Assembly (NCBI GenBank): GCA_964016885.1
Contig: OZ024751.1
Span: 35,154,001-35,218,000 of the forward strand
DNA from: Eledone cirrhosa
Taxonomy: Eukaryota
DNA length: 64,000 bases
Reading direction: 5' to 3'
Each line of letters starts with the position of its first letter. Positions within the stretch are counted from its first letter, which is position 1. Both the position numbers and the translations under genes were made by a program. Shown in pieces: positions 37,539-51,198 of the stretch. The notes below the pieces were generated by a model that saw nothing but the letters and a program-made list of their open reading frames with translations, searched no databases and was not told the origin of the DNA.

Positions 37539-40500
37539 ATTATTAGTTGTAGCTCTGATAAGTTTAGCTAGATTGCCAGCGTTGAAATAGTATATGTCTA
37601 TGTATGTATACACGTACACATGTTGTGTATAGTGTTTTTGTGTTTATACGTCTACAAATGTTTATGCCTTATTTCAATTAGCAAAGGGAGTTTACTCTTG
37701 GATATTTTAATAAAATTACGAGTTGTTTCCCCTCTTAGCAGGAAATTTAGTTGTTTGATAAAACTCAATATTCAAGGCTGGTTGTCTCGGTCAGTGGTAA
37801 GCGTCTGTTGAAGACTAGACATCGAAATTACGATATACAAGTACACACATCCATGCATGGATATGTTGCCAAGGAGCTGTCGAGTGATTATAATGTAGAT
37901 AAGCAAAATATATGAACACTCGCTATATTATCTCGCACTTTTATGGATATGTTTTTGCAATATAAGAATAGGAAACGAAGAAAAACTAATTCACTGAATA
38001 CAGTGTGATGCAGGCAAAAGATGTTGAAATTGTGCGGAATTAAGATTGAAAATTTGACCGATGTGAAAGAAGCTGTGGAAAATTTGCATGATGTAATGAA
38101 GAATGCATTGGTTAGAAAAGACATCCCCGAGAATAAACAGAAAGAGTAGTTGCGGATTGTTCCAGTGAAAATCAATGAAGTGCAAGCATAACAGATGAGA
38201 GAAGCATGCAGGCCCAGCAGTTGGAGTTAGCTGCCAAGGAGATGCCAATATAATATAAAATATTAATGGAATCAGATAGTTTAATGATTCCCTGTTTTAT
38301 TGCAAAAGCGAATCCTTTAAAGTGCGAGACAATAGAGTGTTTGTCGTTGATGTATTTTTATCTATATTACTCTGCGTAAATACGGAAAAATTTATGAGAT
38401 GCCCGACCCTACATAAGCCCACAAACAGACATTCAACAGTAAATATTTAATTGTCGTTTGTTTAAAAAGAAATTTTTTTTCTTAATATAATTGTTTATCT
38501 GCTGGATTGGTCATTGACCATTTTAGTAGGAGAGGGGATTTTGTTAGTGGTGTGTTACCTTCGCTGACTTAACTCTCTGAGAAAGAAAAGCAATTTTATT
38601 TTTCTTTGACTGTATTTAGCCACTGAAGAATGGGTGTAGCTCCTTGGAGCAATCCAAGCAGTAACTCGAAGAACCATCGGGTGTAATGACTTTGGCTTTA
38701 GTGTTCGTGTAGAGCAGTGATACTTTTGTATTCCACAAAAATCTTGATCAGGCAGTGACGATAGTCAGAATTATAGGCAATTTGCTTTAGCTCCCTCAAA
38801 TATCTTCCTCAGCATCAGGATGTGACCGTTGGTTGATCTCTATCTGTGAAGCTGTTCTGGTTGTTTGAGCTTTTTGTCCATGCAGGGCTGGATTCTCTTT
38901 AGAATCATCCTGTTGAGGGTCTTTGCCACAAGTGAGGTCCCCCTGTAGTTGTTTCTGTTAGAGAGATCTGCCTTCTTTGGCAGTGGCACGAAGTTACTGA
39001 TCGTCCACTTGTTCAGGGCAACTCGTTTCTCCAGTCCCTTTTTACAGATCTCCAAGATATGAAAATCACAACTCTACATGACCTGATGCCACTCGATTTT
39101 CTCCATGGGCCTTGCCCTCCTTTATCTTCTTTTTTTGCTCTCTGAAGTATTCTCTGGCAAAGGGTCCTGTCTCAATATCCAGTTATTGTAACAGCCACCT
39201 GATCTGCCCAGTGTTCTTGTCTGTGGAGGGCATCTCATAGTTGTGTTCTAAAATGGTTCAGCCATTTCCTTTTTCCTATCCTCTGGATCTGTTTCCTGGA
39301 TCTGACCTTTCCTCCATGTGATCTCGTTGATCATCCAACTGTCAACCGTTCTCTTAACACTTTAGTGCCTCCTCTCTGGCGTCAGTGTAAGCGGTACAGA
39401 GTGCTTCCCTCATCACCTCCACTGTGGCCATCCTCTCCATAGGATCAGCACATAAATTGGTCCTTGGCAGGCTGCACACACTTTCTGGTCTGCAGAACTG
39501 ACATGCTTCCTCTTCTTTCTCCTCAGCATCAGTGTCTCACTTGCTTCTGCTACTGCATTGTTCAAGTAGCCGTACCTCTTTGTTAAACTCTCCACACAGA
39601 GCACTGAACCTGTTGCTCACTTCTCCTGTGAACCTCTTCTGTAGCTTATGTTCCTTGAACGTTCCCCAGTCATAGATTATACTGTTGGTGTAGCCTTTCT
39701 CTTTCTTAAGCTCACCCGGACCTCACTCATAACAAGCATGTGTCCACTGTCCCAGTGTACTGAAATAGTTGTATGGTTCTGTGTTGAGAACACTATTGCG
39801 CTGCTTTTTCCTCACCAGAAAGAAATCAATCTAGGTCTTGGTCCACATCTTTTCTGGATTCTCCCTTAACGTTAGGTTGGTTGCCATCAAGTTTGCACTG
39901 GCAGGACACGGACATGCATGCTAAATTACTCGCTCTAGTCATTGATAACCCTAACTTTGCTGATTGTTTCTTTATACATGGCTTGGTACAGCCCTCATAA
40001 GCTATTCATCTACTTCAAATTTTCTAAGAGCTCACCAGATTATAGCATGGTGGACTCTGTCGAAGGCCTTTTCCATTTCGACAAATGCCAGGTAGAGTTG
40101 CTTACTTTTAGCTAGGTACTTTTCCTGTAACTGCGTCACAAAAGTGAGGACATGAGTGGTGCCTTTTCCTGGTACAAAGCACAATTGCATATCATGTAGT
40201 TTCACCGTGTTCCTAATCAACTGTGCTCTAACTCTGTTACTTTCATGACCTGGTCCATCAGCTTTATACCTCTATAGTTTCCTCTATCTAGTGCATCACC
40301 TTTACCTTTGTATCAGTTGACCATGATGCTGCTGCACGAATCGTTTGGTACGACGCCCTTTAGTATTATCTAGTTAACAATACGTGTGGTTATGGTCTGA
40401 TCTACCGACCCAGATGCCTTGAGCATCTCGGCAGCTATACCCGATGGACCGGTTGCCTTCCCCGTCTTCATATCTATGATTGCCATACTACATTGCTGCT

Positions 40501-42435
40501 GACTTGTTCTGCTAGCCCCTCTATAGGGTTCACTTTGGGTATGGTATCTTTTCCCCATACATTCTCCTCATTTAGTAATCTTTCATACTGGCTCTTCCAC
40601 GCATCTTCTCAGCACTTGTGAGTGCAAGCTGACCTTTATCATTCTGGATACACTTTTGTCCAATGACATCACAATTCACTCTGGAACACCTGTTTCTTTT
40701 CCTCGTGTTGCAAAACATGCTTGAATTTCCTATCCTCTACCTTCCTTCTAGCTAAGTATACTTGTCGCCTAGCTTTGCTCCTGGTCTCTCTGTAATGTGC
40801 CCTGTTTTTCCATTCTTTCCATGCCTGTCTCTTAGCCTTAACTGCCTCATCTACCATATTGTTCTACCACCAAGTCACTCTCCTCATCCATGTATATATC
40901 TTTTTATCATCTTTTTCTCAAATATCCACACATAACGACACACAGGCAAATCTTATGCATGGATATGTTAACTGGTAGCTGGAGAGAGAATAATATAGAT
41001 AAGTCTATCTTCAGCAACAAGTGCTATATTGTCTCCCATGTTGAAAGATATTATTTTACAATATAAGAACTTGAAACTAAGACTAACTGATGTATAGAAT
41101 AGAAAGACCTAGATGTGAAAAGAAGTGGAAATTGTGCAGATTGAAGATTGAAGATTTGACCCGATGTGAAGAAACTGGAAAGATGTGTCGAAAAGAGTGA
41201 AGAATGCAGTCCGTAGGAAAGACATCCCCGAGAGTGAACATTTGAAGCTAGAGCAAGGTTTTAAGAGTTAGAAAGAGTAGTTGTTGATTGTTCCTGTGAA
41301 AAGCAACGAAGTGCAAGCATAACAGACGAGACAAGAATGCAGGCCCAGCAGTCGGAGTTAAGCAGCGAAGCAGATGCCAATATATTATTAAATATTAGAG
41401 AATCAGTTTGTTCTTATTTCATATTTTATTGCGAAATGGTATTGTTGAAAGCTAAAGACAATATAGTGTTTGTTGAAGATGATCTACTTTGTTTATGTAT
41501 ATTACTTTTTATGCAGAAATAAGGAAACATTTGCACAGTCATCATCATCATACGTTCGCTTTCAAGTGTGGGACATGTACTATTGGGCACCGCCTCTCTC
41601 GGCTTATACTGGTCGTTGGTCACCACGTTGGTGATCGTTAGACGGGGGTGGTGAGAGCAGACCTCAAATCGCTATGTTTTTCCTAGTCTTCCTTTACTGC
41701 GTCTTCCTTCTACTGGCATTTCTTGGCACATGTTTCCCCAGCAAACCATCTTATTCTTCTCTCCAGCACTCCACAACTCATACCCATTTTCTCTCTCAAC
41801 TCATCTCTGCTCGGTCGTCGGAGCATGCTTCCTTCATTTCTTTGCCAGCCTTGGCATATTCTCTGCAATTGCTGGCCATGTCTCACTTCTTCCAACTCAT
41901 CTTTACTACGAGGCCACAGTATCTACAATAGACTCCTCTCTTTCTAATCTGCTCATCTATGTAGCGGAAGGTACGAACCACTTGTATAGAACCCACCTTC
42001 ATTTGAAAACTGTTTCTATCACTGGTACTTCTACTGTGAAATTTCTCTGTACAGGTAGTTTTAACTACCTGTTTGCTTGCTATCCCACTACATATGTTGA
42101 GTACCCCAGATGTGGTGCATTGTGTATATTTTATAGAATTTATCTGGCTGTCCATGACGATCTGGTTCTTATAGCAGTTTTAAACGCATCTGTTACTGAC
42201 AGCACCTCTGTACAAAGCCTGCACTGCCCTCACAAGACATTCCCCAACACCTAGTTTGGTTAGGCACCACCAGATGACAGATCATGGTACCCTACCAAAG
42301 GACTTGTCTGTCAACAAAATTAATTTAATTGCTAAGATGGATTACATTGCCACCGGTTATATTTTATATATTTCCTAAGACTCTTTTGATTAAAAAGCTT
42401 AATTTTTATTTTTACTGACATTATTAGTTGTAGCT

Positions 42436-42622
42436 AGGCGGTGGGTTGGCAGTATCGGTGGAGGGTCGGACGCCATGCTTTGACTTAAAGAATTACGTCC
42501 CTTTACGATCCGAGTCCAAATCCCGTCGAGGTTAACTTTGCCCTTCATCCTTACGGGGTGGATAAAATAAAGTACCAGTAATGTACTGGTTAATTGCTGG
42601 CCTTGTGCCAAAAGTAGAAACA
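42436..42622 (+). mobile_element. Paralogous copy of the same SINE insertion
   Basis: Same TSD at 42420-35 and 42623-38. Confidence 0.9.
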
Positions 42623-45600
42623 ATTATTAGTTGTAGCTATAAGTTTAGCTAGATTGCCAGCGTTGAAATAGTATATGTCTATGTATGTATACACGTACAC
42701 ATGTTATTATGTATAGTGTTTTTGTGTTTATACGTCTACAAATGTTTATGCCATATTTCAATTAGGAAAGGGAGTTTACTCTTGGATATTTTAATAAAAT
42801 TACGAGTTGTTTCCCCTCTTAGCAGGGAATTTAGTTATTTGATAAAACTCAATTGTCAAGGCTGGTTGTCTCGGTCAGTGCTAAGTGTCTGGTGATTGTT
42901 GCAGTGAAAATCAATGAAGTACAAGCATAACAGACGAGAGAGAAGAATGCAGGCTCAGCAGTTTGAGTTCGCTGCCAAGCAGATGCCAATATAATATAAA
43001 ATATTATTGAATCGGATAGTTTATTGATTCCCTGTTTTATTGCAAAAGCGAATTCTTTAAAGTGCGAGACTATAGTGTTTGTCGTTGATGTATTTTTATC
43101 TATATTACTCTGCGTAAATACTGAATTTATGAGATGCCCGACCCTACATAAGCCCACAAACAGGCCTTCAACAGTAAAAATTGTCCTTTGTTAAAAAGAA
43201 GTTTTTTTCTTAATATAATTACGTTTATCTGCTGGATTGGTTATTGACCATTTTTGTAGGAGGGGATTTTGTTAGTGGTGCGTTACCTTCGCTGACTTAA
43301 CTCTGAGAAAGAAAAGCAATTATATTTTTCTTTAACTGTATTTAGCCACTGAACAATGGGTGTAGCTCCTTGGAGCACTTGGGTGTAATGACTTTGGCTT
43401 TAGTGTTCGTGTAGAGCAGTGATACTTTTGTATTCCACAAAAATCTTGATCAGGCAGTGACGATAGTCAGAATTATAGGCAATTTGCTTTAGCTCCCTCA
43501 AATATCTTCTTCAGCATCAGGATGTGACCGTTGGTTGATCTCTATCTGTGAAGCTGTTCTGGTTGTTTGAGCTTTTTGTCCATGCAGGGCTGGATTCTCT
43601 TTAGAATCATCCTGTTGAGGGTCTTTGCCACAAGTGAGGTCCCCCTGTAGTTGGTGTTAGAGAGATCTGCCTTCTTTGGCAGTGGCACGAAGTTACTGAT
43701 CGTCCACTGGTTCAGGGCAACTCGTTTCTCCAGAACTGAAAATCACAACTCTACATGACCTGTAGCCACTCGATTTTCTCCATGGGCCTTGCCCTCCTTT
43801 ATCTTTTTTTGCTCTCTGAAGCTCCTCTGGCAAAGGGTCCTGTCTCAATATGCAGTTTTTGTAACGGCCACCTGATCTGCCCAGTGTTCTTGGCTGTGGA
43901 GGGCATTTCATAGTTGTCTACTAAAATGGTCTAGACTATAATCTGACATCCGGTTTTAAATTCTTGTTATTGCCTGCAGGACTATGATAAAAAGGAGAGG
44001 GCTAAGAACAGCCCTGGTGTACACCGACCTGCATGCTAAATTCCTCGCTCTAGTCATTGATAACTGCTGATTGTTTCTTTATACATGGCTTGTACAGCCC
44101 TCATAAGCTATTCATCTACTTCAAATTTTCTAAGAGCCCACCAGATTATAGCATGGTGGACTCTGTCGAAGGCTTTTTCCATTTCGACAAATGCCAGGTA
44201 GAGCGGCTTACTTTTAGCTAGGTACTTTTCCTGTAACTGCCTCACAAAGGTGAGAACATGGATGGTGCCTTTTCCTGGTACAAAGCCCAATTGCATATCA
44301 TGTAGTTTCACCCTGTTCCTAATCAACTCTTTGTTACTTTCATGACCTGGTCCATCAGCTTTATACCTCTAGTTTCCTCTATCTAGTGCATCACTTTTAC
44401 CTTTGTATCAGTTGACCATGATGCTGCTGCACGAATCGTTTGGTACGACGCCCTTTAGTATTACCTAGTTAACAATACGTGTGGTTATGGTCTGATCTAC
44501 CGACCCAGATGCCTTGAGCATCTCGGCAGCTATACCCGATAGACTGGTTGCCTTCCCCGTCTTCATATCTTTGATTGCCATACTACATTGCTGCTGACTT
44601 GTTTTGCTAGCCCCTCTATAGGGTTCACTTTGGGTATGGTATCTTTTTCCCATACATTCTCCTCATTTAGTAATATTTCATACTGGCTCTTCCACGCATC
44701 TTCTCAGCACTTGTGAGTGCAAGCTGACTTTTATCATTCTGGATACACTTTTGTCCAATGACATCACAATTCTCTCTGAAACACTGCCTCGTAATCTGGA
44801 ACAACTGTTTCTGTTCCTCGTGTTGCAAAACATGCTTGAATTTCCTATCCTCTGCCTCCCTTCTAGCTAAGTATACTTGTCGCCTAGCTTCGCTCCTGGT
44901 CTCTATGTAATGTGCCCTGTTTTTCCATTCTTTCCATGCCTGTCTCTTAGCCTTAACTGGCTCATCTACAATATTGTTCTACCACCAAGTCACTCTCCTC
45001 ATCCATGTATATATCTTTTTATCATCTTTTTCTCAAATATCCACACATGACGACACACATGCAAATATTATGCATGGATATGTTAACTGGTAGCTGGAGA
45101 GTGAGAATAATATAGATGATAAAAATCTATCTTCAGCAACAAGTGCTATATTGTCTCCCATGTTGAAAGATATTATTTTACAATATAAGAACTTGAAACT
45201 AAGACTAACTGATGTATAGAATAGAAAGACCTAGATGTGAAAAGAAGTGGAAATTGTGCAGATTGAAGATTGAAGATTTGACCGATGTGAAGAAACTGGA
45301 AAGATGTGTCGAAAAGCGTGAAGAATGCAGACCGTAGGAAAGACATCCCCGAGAGTGAACATTTGAAGCTAGAGCAAGGTTTTAAGAGTTAGAAAGAGTA
45401 GTTGTTGATTGTTCCTTTGAAAAGCAATGAAGTGGAAGCATAACAGACAAGAATGCAGACCCAGCAGTCGGAGTTAAGCAGCGAAGCAGATGCCAATATA
45501 ATATTAAATATTAGAGAATCAGTTTGTTCTTATTTCATGTTTTATTGCGAAATGGTATTGTTGAAAGCTAAAGACAATATAGCGTTTGTTGAAGATGATG

Positions 45601-47784
45601 TATATTACTTTCTATGCAGAAATAAGGAAACATTTGCACAGTCATCTTCATGATCATACGTTCGCTTTCAAGTGTGGGACATGTACTATTGAGCACCGCC
45701 TCTCCACTTATACCGGCCGTTGGTCACCTCGTTGGTGATCGTTAGCGATTTGAGGTCTGCTCTCACCACCGCCGTATATGTTTTTCCTAGTCTTCCTCTA
45801 CTGCGTGTTCCTTCTACTGGAATTTCTTGGCACATGTTTACCCAGCAAACCATCTTATTCTTCACTCCTGCACATAACTCATACCCATTTTCTCTCTCAA
45901 CTCATCTCTGCTCGGTCGTCGGAGCATGCTTCCTTCATTTCTTTGCCAGCCTTGGCATATTCTCTGCAATTGCTGGCCATGTCTCACTTCTTCCAACCCA
46001 TCTTTATTGTAGATACTCTGGCCTCGTAGTAGCCTCCTCTCTTTCTAATCTGCTCATCTATGTAGCGGAAGGTACGAACCACTTGTATAGAACCCACCTT
46101 CATTTGAAAACTGTTTCTATCACTGTCACTTTTACTGTGAAATTTCTCTGTACAGGTAGTTTTCACTACCTGTTTGCTTGCTATCCCACTACATATGTTG
46201 AGTACCCCAGATGTGCATTGCGTATATTTTATATAATTTATCCCAACGCCTTTTCAACATAGTGAGCATGTTCTCTTTTCTATATTTTTATTGTCCTCTT
46301 GCTTCCAACTAGTTTCCATAGACAGGATTTCTTCTCTAGCTTGTTTACTGATTCTGCTATAAGAACCAGATCGTCACGGACAGCCAGTTTTAAACGCATC
46401 TGTTACTGACAGCACCTCTGTACAAAGCCTATACGGCCCTCACCACCTAGTTTGGTTAGGCACCACCAGATGACAGATCATGGTAACCTACCAAAGGAGT
46501 TGTATGTCAAAAAAATTAATTGCTAAGATGGATTACATTGCCACCAGTTATATTTTATATATTTCCTAAGACTCGTTTGATTAAAAAGCTTAATTTTTTT
46601 ATTTCTTTTTACTGACATTATTAGTTGTAGCTGTGATAAGTTTAGCTAGATTGCTAGCGTTGAAATAGTTGCGCTTTAGTTGTGATGTAGGTGTTGCAAG
46701 TTCCGGCTGTAAGTCGTGGGGGTGTAGTATATTGTCATGTATGTGTACATATGTCTATGTATGTATACACGTACACATGTTGTTATTGTGTATAGTGTTT
46801 TTGTGTTTATACGTCTACAAATGTATATGCAATATTTCAATTAGCAAAGGGAGTTTACTCTTGGATATTTTAATAAAATTACGAGTTGTTTCCCTTCTTA
46901 GCAGGAAATTTAGTTTGATAAAACTGAATTGTCAAGGCTGGTTGTCTTGGTCATTGGTAAGCGTCTGTTGAAGACTAGACATCTAAATTACGATATACAA
47001 GTACACGCATCCATGAATGGATATGTTGTCAAGTAGCTTGCGAGTGATTATAATGTAGATAAGCAAAATATATGAACACTCGCTATATTATCTCGCACTT
47101 TTATGGATATGTTTTTGCAATATAAGAATAGGAAACGAAGAAAAACTAATTCACAGAATACAGTGTGATGCAGGCAAAAGATGTTGAAATTGTGCCGAAT
47201 TAAGATTGAAAATTTGACCGATGTGGAGCAGCTGTGGAAAATTTGCATGATGTAGTGAATAATGCAGTGGGTAGAAAAGACATCCCCGAAAATAAACAGA
47301 AAGAGTAGTTCCAGTGAAAATCAATGAAGTGCAAGCATAACAGATGAGAGAAGCATGCAGGCCCAGCAGTTGGAGTTCGCTGCTAAGCAGATCGATGCCA
47401 ATAGAATCTAAAATATTATGGAATCAGATAGTTTATCGATTCCCGGTTTTATTGCAAAAGCGAATCCTTCAAAGTGCGAGACACTATAGTGTTTGTTGTT
47501 GGTGATAATATACTTTATGTAATAGTCTCTGTTCATAAATAATGAAAAATGTGCACATAGTCGACCCTGACTATACGTTCATATTAGTTGTGAAGCTTTG
47601 CTTGTTTAAAACAGAAAGACGACCATCTTTGATTAAAAATATCATTGTATAAGTTGTGCTTCTAAACACTACATGTAAACATGTAGAACAGACATTCACA
47701 AAGACCTTCAACACTAAATTTTAAAAAACAAATGGTTATTTAATTTCTATAATTAATTAAGATGGATTACATGGCCACCGATTA

Positions 47785-48411
47785 TCTATATATAAAACTG
47801 AAGATGTCCGAGTTCGAATCGCTAAAGCTCGAGAACCACCCAACGGACTGTTTTCAAACTTTACACATGTAATACTTATGTTTGAGAGATTGTTCTGATC
47901 ACCCCCAATAGATTTCAACTTTTCTAAGCCCACAGGGACGACATTAGGCGGTTTAGCGATCTCACTCTATAATTCTTAGTCTCTTTTTCGATAGACGTAC
48001 TTATAACGTCGCGCCCTTATTATATCTGTCTGACTGTCTGCATTACGTCACTTCCTTGAGGGTGTGTTTGAATCCCTTAAACTCGAAGTACCCAACCGAT
48101 ATTTTTTCAAACTATAAATGCGTATTACTTAGGTTTAAGGTAGTGTTATGCACATTAAAAATTTAAACATTTTTTTTATCTGCTGGGGCCCGCATTAGAT
48201 GAAAAAGTTTTTTTTTTATCTTAGGACTTTTTGTAGCCGTTACGTCTAGCCGATTTTCGCTAAATTTCAAGGCATATTATGGTCATAAAAAGAAAATCAT
48301 TATCTCGATCCCCTAGGGCCCGCATTAGGTGAAAATCTGCCTTTTTCTTGCTTCATCCATCAGAGTATTCGAAAATACTTTATATGGTGCAACGCCAGGT
48401 ACCACTGCTAG
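47785..48411 (+). mobile_element. Complete non-autonomous Helitron
   Basis: A|TC start, GTGCAACGCCAGG hairpin remnant, CTAG|T end; paralogous empty sites at ~37286, 42359 and 46550. Confidence 0.92.
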
Positions 48412-49044
48412 TATATTATAGATTTCACGAAACTCGTTTATTTAAATCTTTTTTACCATAATGCCATTTCGACTATAGATCTGATAAGTTGAGCTAGATT
48501 GCCAGCGTCGAAATAGTTTCGCTTTAGTTAGGATGTAGGTGTAGTCTATTTTCACACATTCGTAGATATATACATGTATGTATATATATCTAAACACGTG
48601 TATGAAAGTATGTACACGACTTTATGTATGTAACCTTGTAACATTGAGCTTTCCGATAACCCTTTGTAAATATGCAATGTCGGTTTGATAAGCACGACAA
48701 AGAATTGAAGATACTAGGCAGATTAACATGTTAGTTGAACGACCGTTGACTTGAATTGCGCGTGAAAATACGTGGGTGCAGTTGGTGGGGCTGATGCTTT
48801 TAAGTTTGTTTTTGTCTTGTTGAATAATCATGGCGTGCTACTTTGTAGTACTTGTATTGCAGGCCGTTGTTCCGGTGGTTAAGGTAAGTGGCGATGTTAT
48901 TACTGTTTGGGCATCTTAAGTTTTCGTCTAGTTGGTTTCGGGTGGCGGTCGAATTGTTTTCAGATTAACGGTCTGTGTCTGGTTTACAGTTGTGATTAGT
49001 TTTTGTAAGAAGCGAGCAGAATGCCGTGATATATATTTATATTT

Positions 49045-50505
49045 TTAGAAAGGGAGAAACTGTATCTTAACGAATTTATCTGTAGAAACGTTAATTGCGA
49101 GATAGATTTTATTAAGGGGAATGTTTTTGAGATTAAGTTATCTCTGTTATCAGTTTGACGCATTTCTATTTCTAACTATAGACATATATATGTAAAATTA
49201 TCCCAGACAATTAGACATTTAATTTCCGCAAAATATATATAATTCCACGGGAGAGAATGTACTATATAATCAATTGAATTCTCTCCCTTTAGTGCACTTT
49301 ATATTTACATGTAATTAGAATTTTTAATTTAATTCAAGGGAGAGAAGTTTATTTAACAATATCTGTTATCTCCCCTTGACAGACTTTAATAATTATAATG
49401 TTTTAGAAAAATATATTTTATTCTGGAAAAAAGGTATTAGTAACAGTTAAAATAGTTGTCTCCCCTTGCTACACTTTGACTATAATGTAATACATTATGT
49501 TGTGACATTACTGCTGTTTTTATCAAGTAATTCTAACGCCCTGAATTTATAATTTAGTTATTAACTTAATATTAGCTCCCGAGAATCAACTTAAATAAGT
49601 TGTTTCCCCTTATTTGACTCAGTTTATTTTTATCTGGTCTTAACATAAGCTATCGCCGTTTTTATAGTGCATCAATTAGTTACAATTTCTAGGTATCTAC
49701 ACTTAATTTATTTAAATGTAAGGTTAATAAAATTTGCAAGCTAATTTTAATTAATAAACTTATCAAACTATTTTCCACTAATTAATTGCGAGACACCCTT
49801 TTCTGAACGCACATCGACGGCATTAGGAAAAAACGGCAATTTTTACGGACAAATGTATAATAAAGCCAGTTTAATTTATATTATATTATAGTATGTATGT
49901 TGTAACATAATTTCCCGCCGTTTTTCTGAGAAAACGAACTATAAAAACGGCGTTGATTTACGTTACATTATATATAATTTACTTTTAACTAAGGTAGATA
50001 ATATGGTTTATTTAATAAATAGGTTGTTTCCCTTGGCCGGACTTTAAGTAACATAAATTGTCGCCGTTTTTATAGTGCTTCATAGTATAAAAAAATGCGG
50101 AAATTTCTGTTACACCGAAATGTATGGTCAAGGGAAACAACCTATTTATTAAATAAACGATTTTATCTCCCTTAGTTCAAACTAAAATCCAATTAAATTA
50201 TATTTGATAAAAGTGAATTATATATAATGTAACGTCAATTGACGCCGTTTTAGCAGTTCGTTTTCTGATATTATTTACGAACTCTTTCCGCAGTCTAATA
50301 GTAAAACTAATTAAAACGGCGTTGATTTACGTTACATTATATATAATTTTCTTATAAAAGATTGTTAGTTGATTTTTTTATTGAATTAAGGGAGATAACA
50401 TTGTTTATTAAATAAAAAGGTTGTTTCCCTTGGCAGGCTTTAAGTTACAACGGCATATTTTCTCAGATATCTAGACTAGTTAATAATTAAGTTGTCCCCC
50501 TTTAC
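49045..50505. repeat. Telomere-associated sequence with alternately oriented modules and reiterated AGGGARA(T/C)AAC and AAAACGGCG motifs
   Basis: Arm 49929-50035 is approximately the rc of 50129-50266 and a direct copy of 50313-50448. Confidence 0.8.
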
Positions 50506-50520
50506 TTGTATAAATATATA

Positions 50521-51151
50521 TGGGGGTTGGGGTTGGGGTTGGGGCTGGGGTTGGGGGCTGGGGTTGGGGTTGGGGTTGGGGTTGGGGGTTGGGGGTTGAG
50601 GGTTGGGGTTGGGGTTGGGGGTAGAGGTAGGGGTAGGGTTGGGGTTGGGGTTGGTTGGGGTTGGTTGGGGTGGGTTGGGGTTGGCGTTGGGGTTGATTGG
50701 GGTGGGTTGGGGTTGGGGTTGGGGTTGGGGTTAGGGTTGGGGTTGGGGCTGGGGCTGGGGTTGGGGTTGGGGCTGGGGCTGGGGCTGGGGCTGGGGCTGG
50801 GGCTGGGGCTGGGGTTGGGGTTGGGGTAGGGGTAGGGTTTGGGTTGGGGTTGGGGTTGGGGTTAGGGTTAGGGTTAGGGTTAGGGTTAGGGTTAGGGTTA
50901 GGGTTAGGGTTAGGGTTAGGGTTAGGGTTAGGGTTAGGGTTAGGGTTAGGGTTAGGGTTAGGGTTAGGGTTAGGGTTAGGGTTAGGGTTAGGGTTGGGGT
51001 TGGGGTTGGGGTTGGGGTTGGGGTTGGGGTTGGGGTTGGGGTTGGGGTTGGGGTTGGGGTTGGGGTTGGGGTTGGGGTTGGGGTTGGGGTTGGGGTTGGG
51101 GTTGGGGTTGGGGTTGGGGTTGGGGTTGGGGTTGGGGTTGGGGTTGGGGTT

Positions 51152-51198
<47 letters not shown>

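Larger units (their letters stand above)
32090..48620. repeat. Subtelomeric tandem segmental duplication: units A ~32090-37600, B ~37600-42690, C ~42690-46770, partial D ~46770-48620
   Basis: The landmark AATTAG.AAAGGGA.TTACTCT..GATATTTTAATAAAA occurs at ~32115, 37677, 42761 and 46839; paralogous ORFs in the track (e.g. 35237/40370/44465). Confidence 0.93.

Noticed and set aside
32575-47500. Telomere-specific retrotransposon array (HeT-A/TART, SART/TRAS or Athena type)
   Set aside because: The LINE pieces are old fragments copied by segmental duplication and none is joined to TTAGGG repeats.
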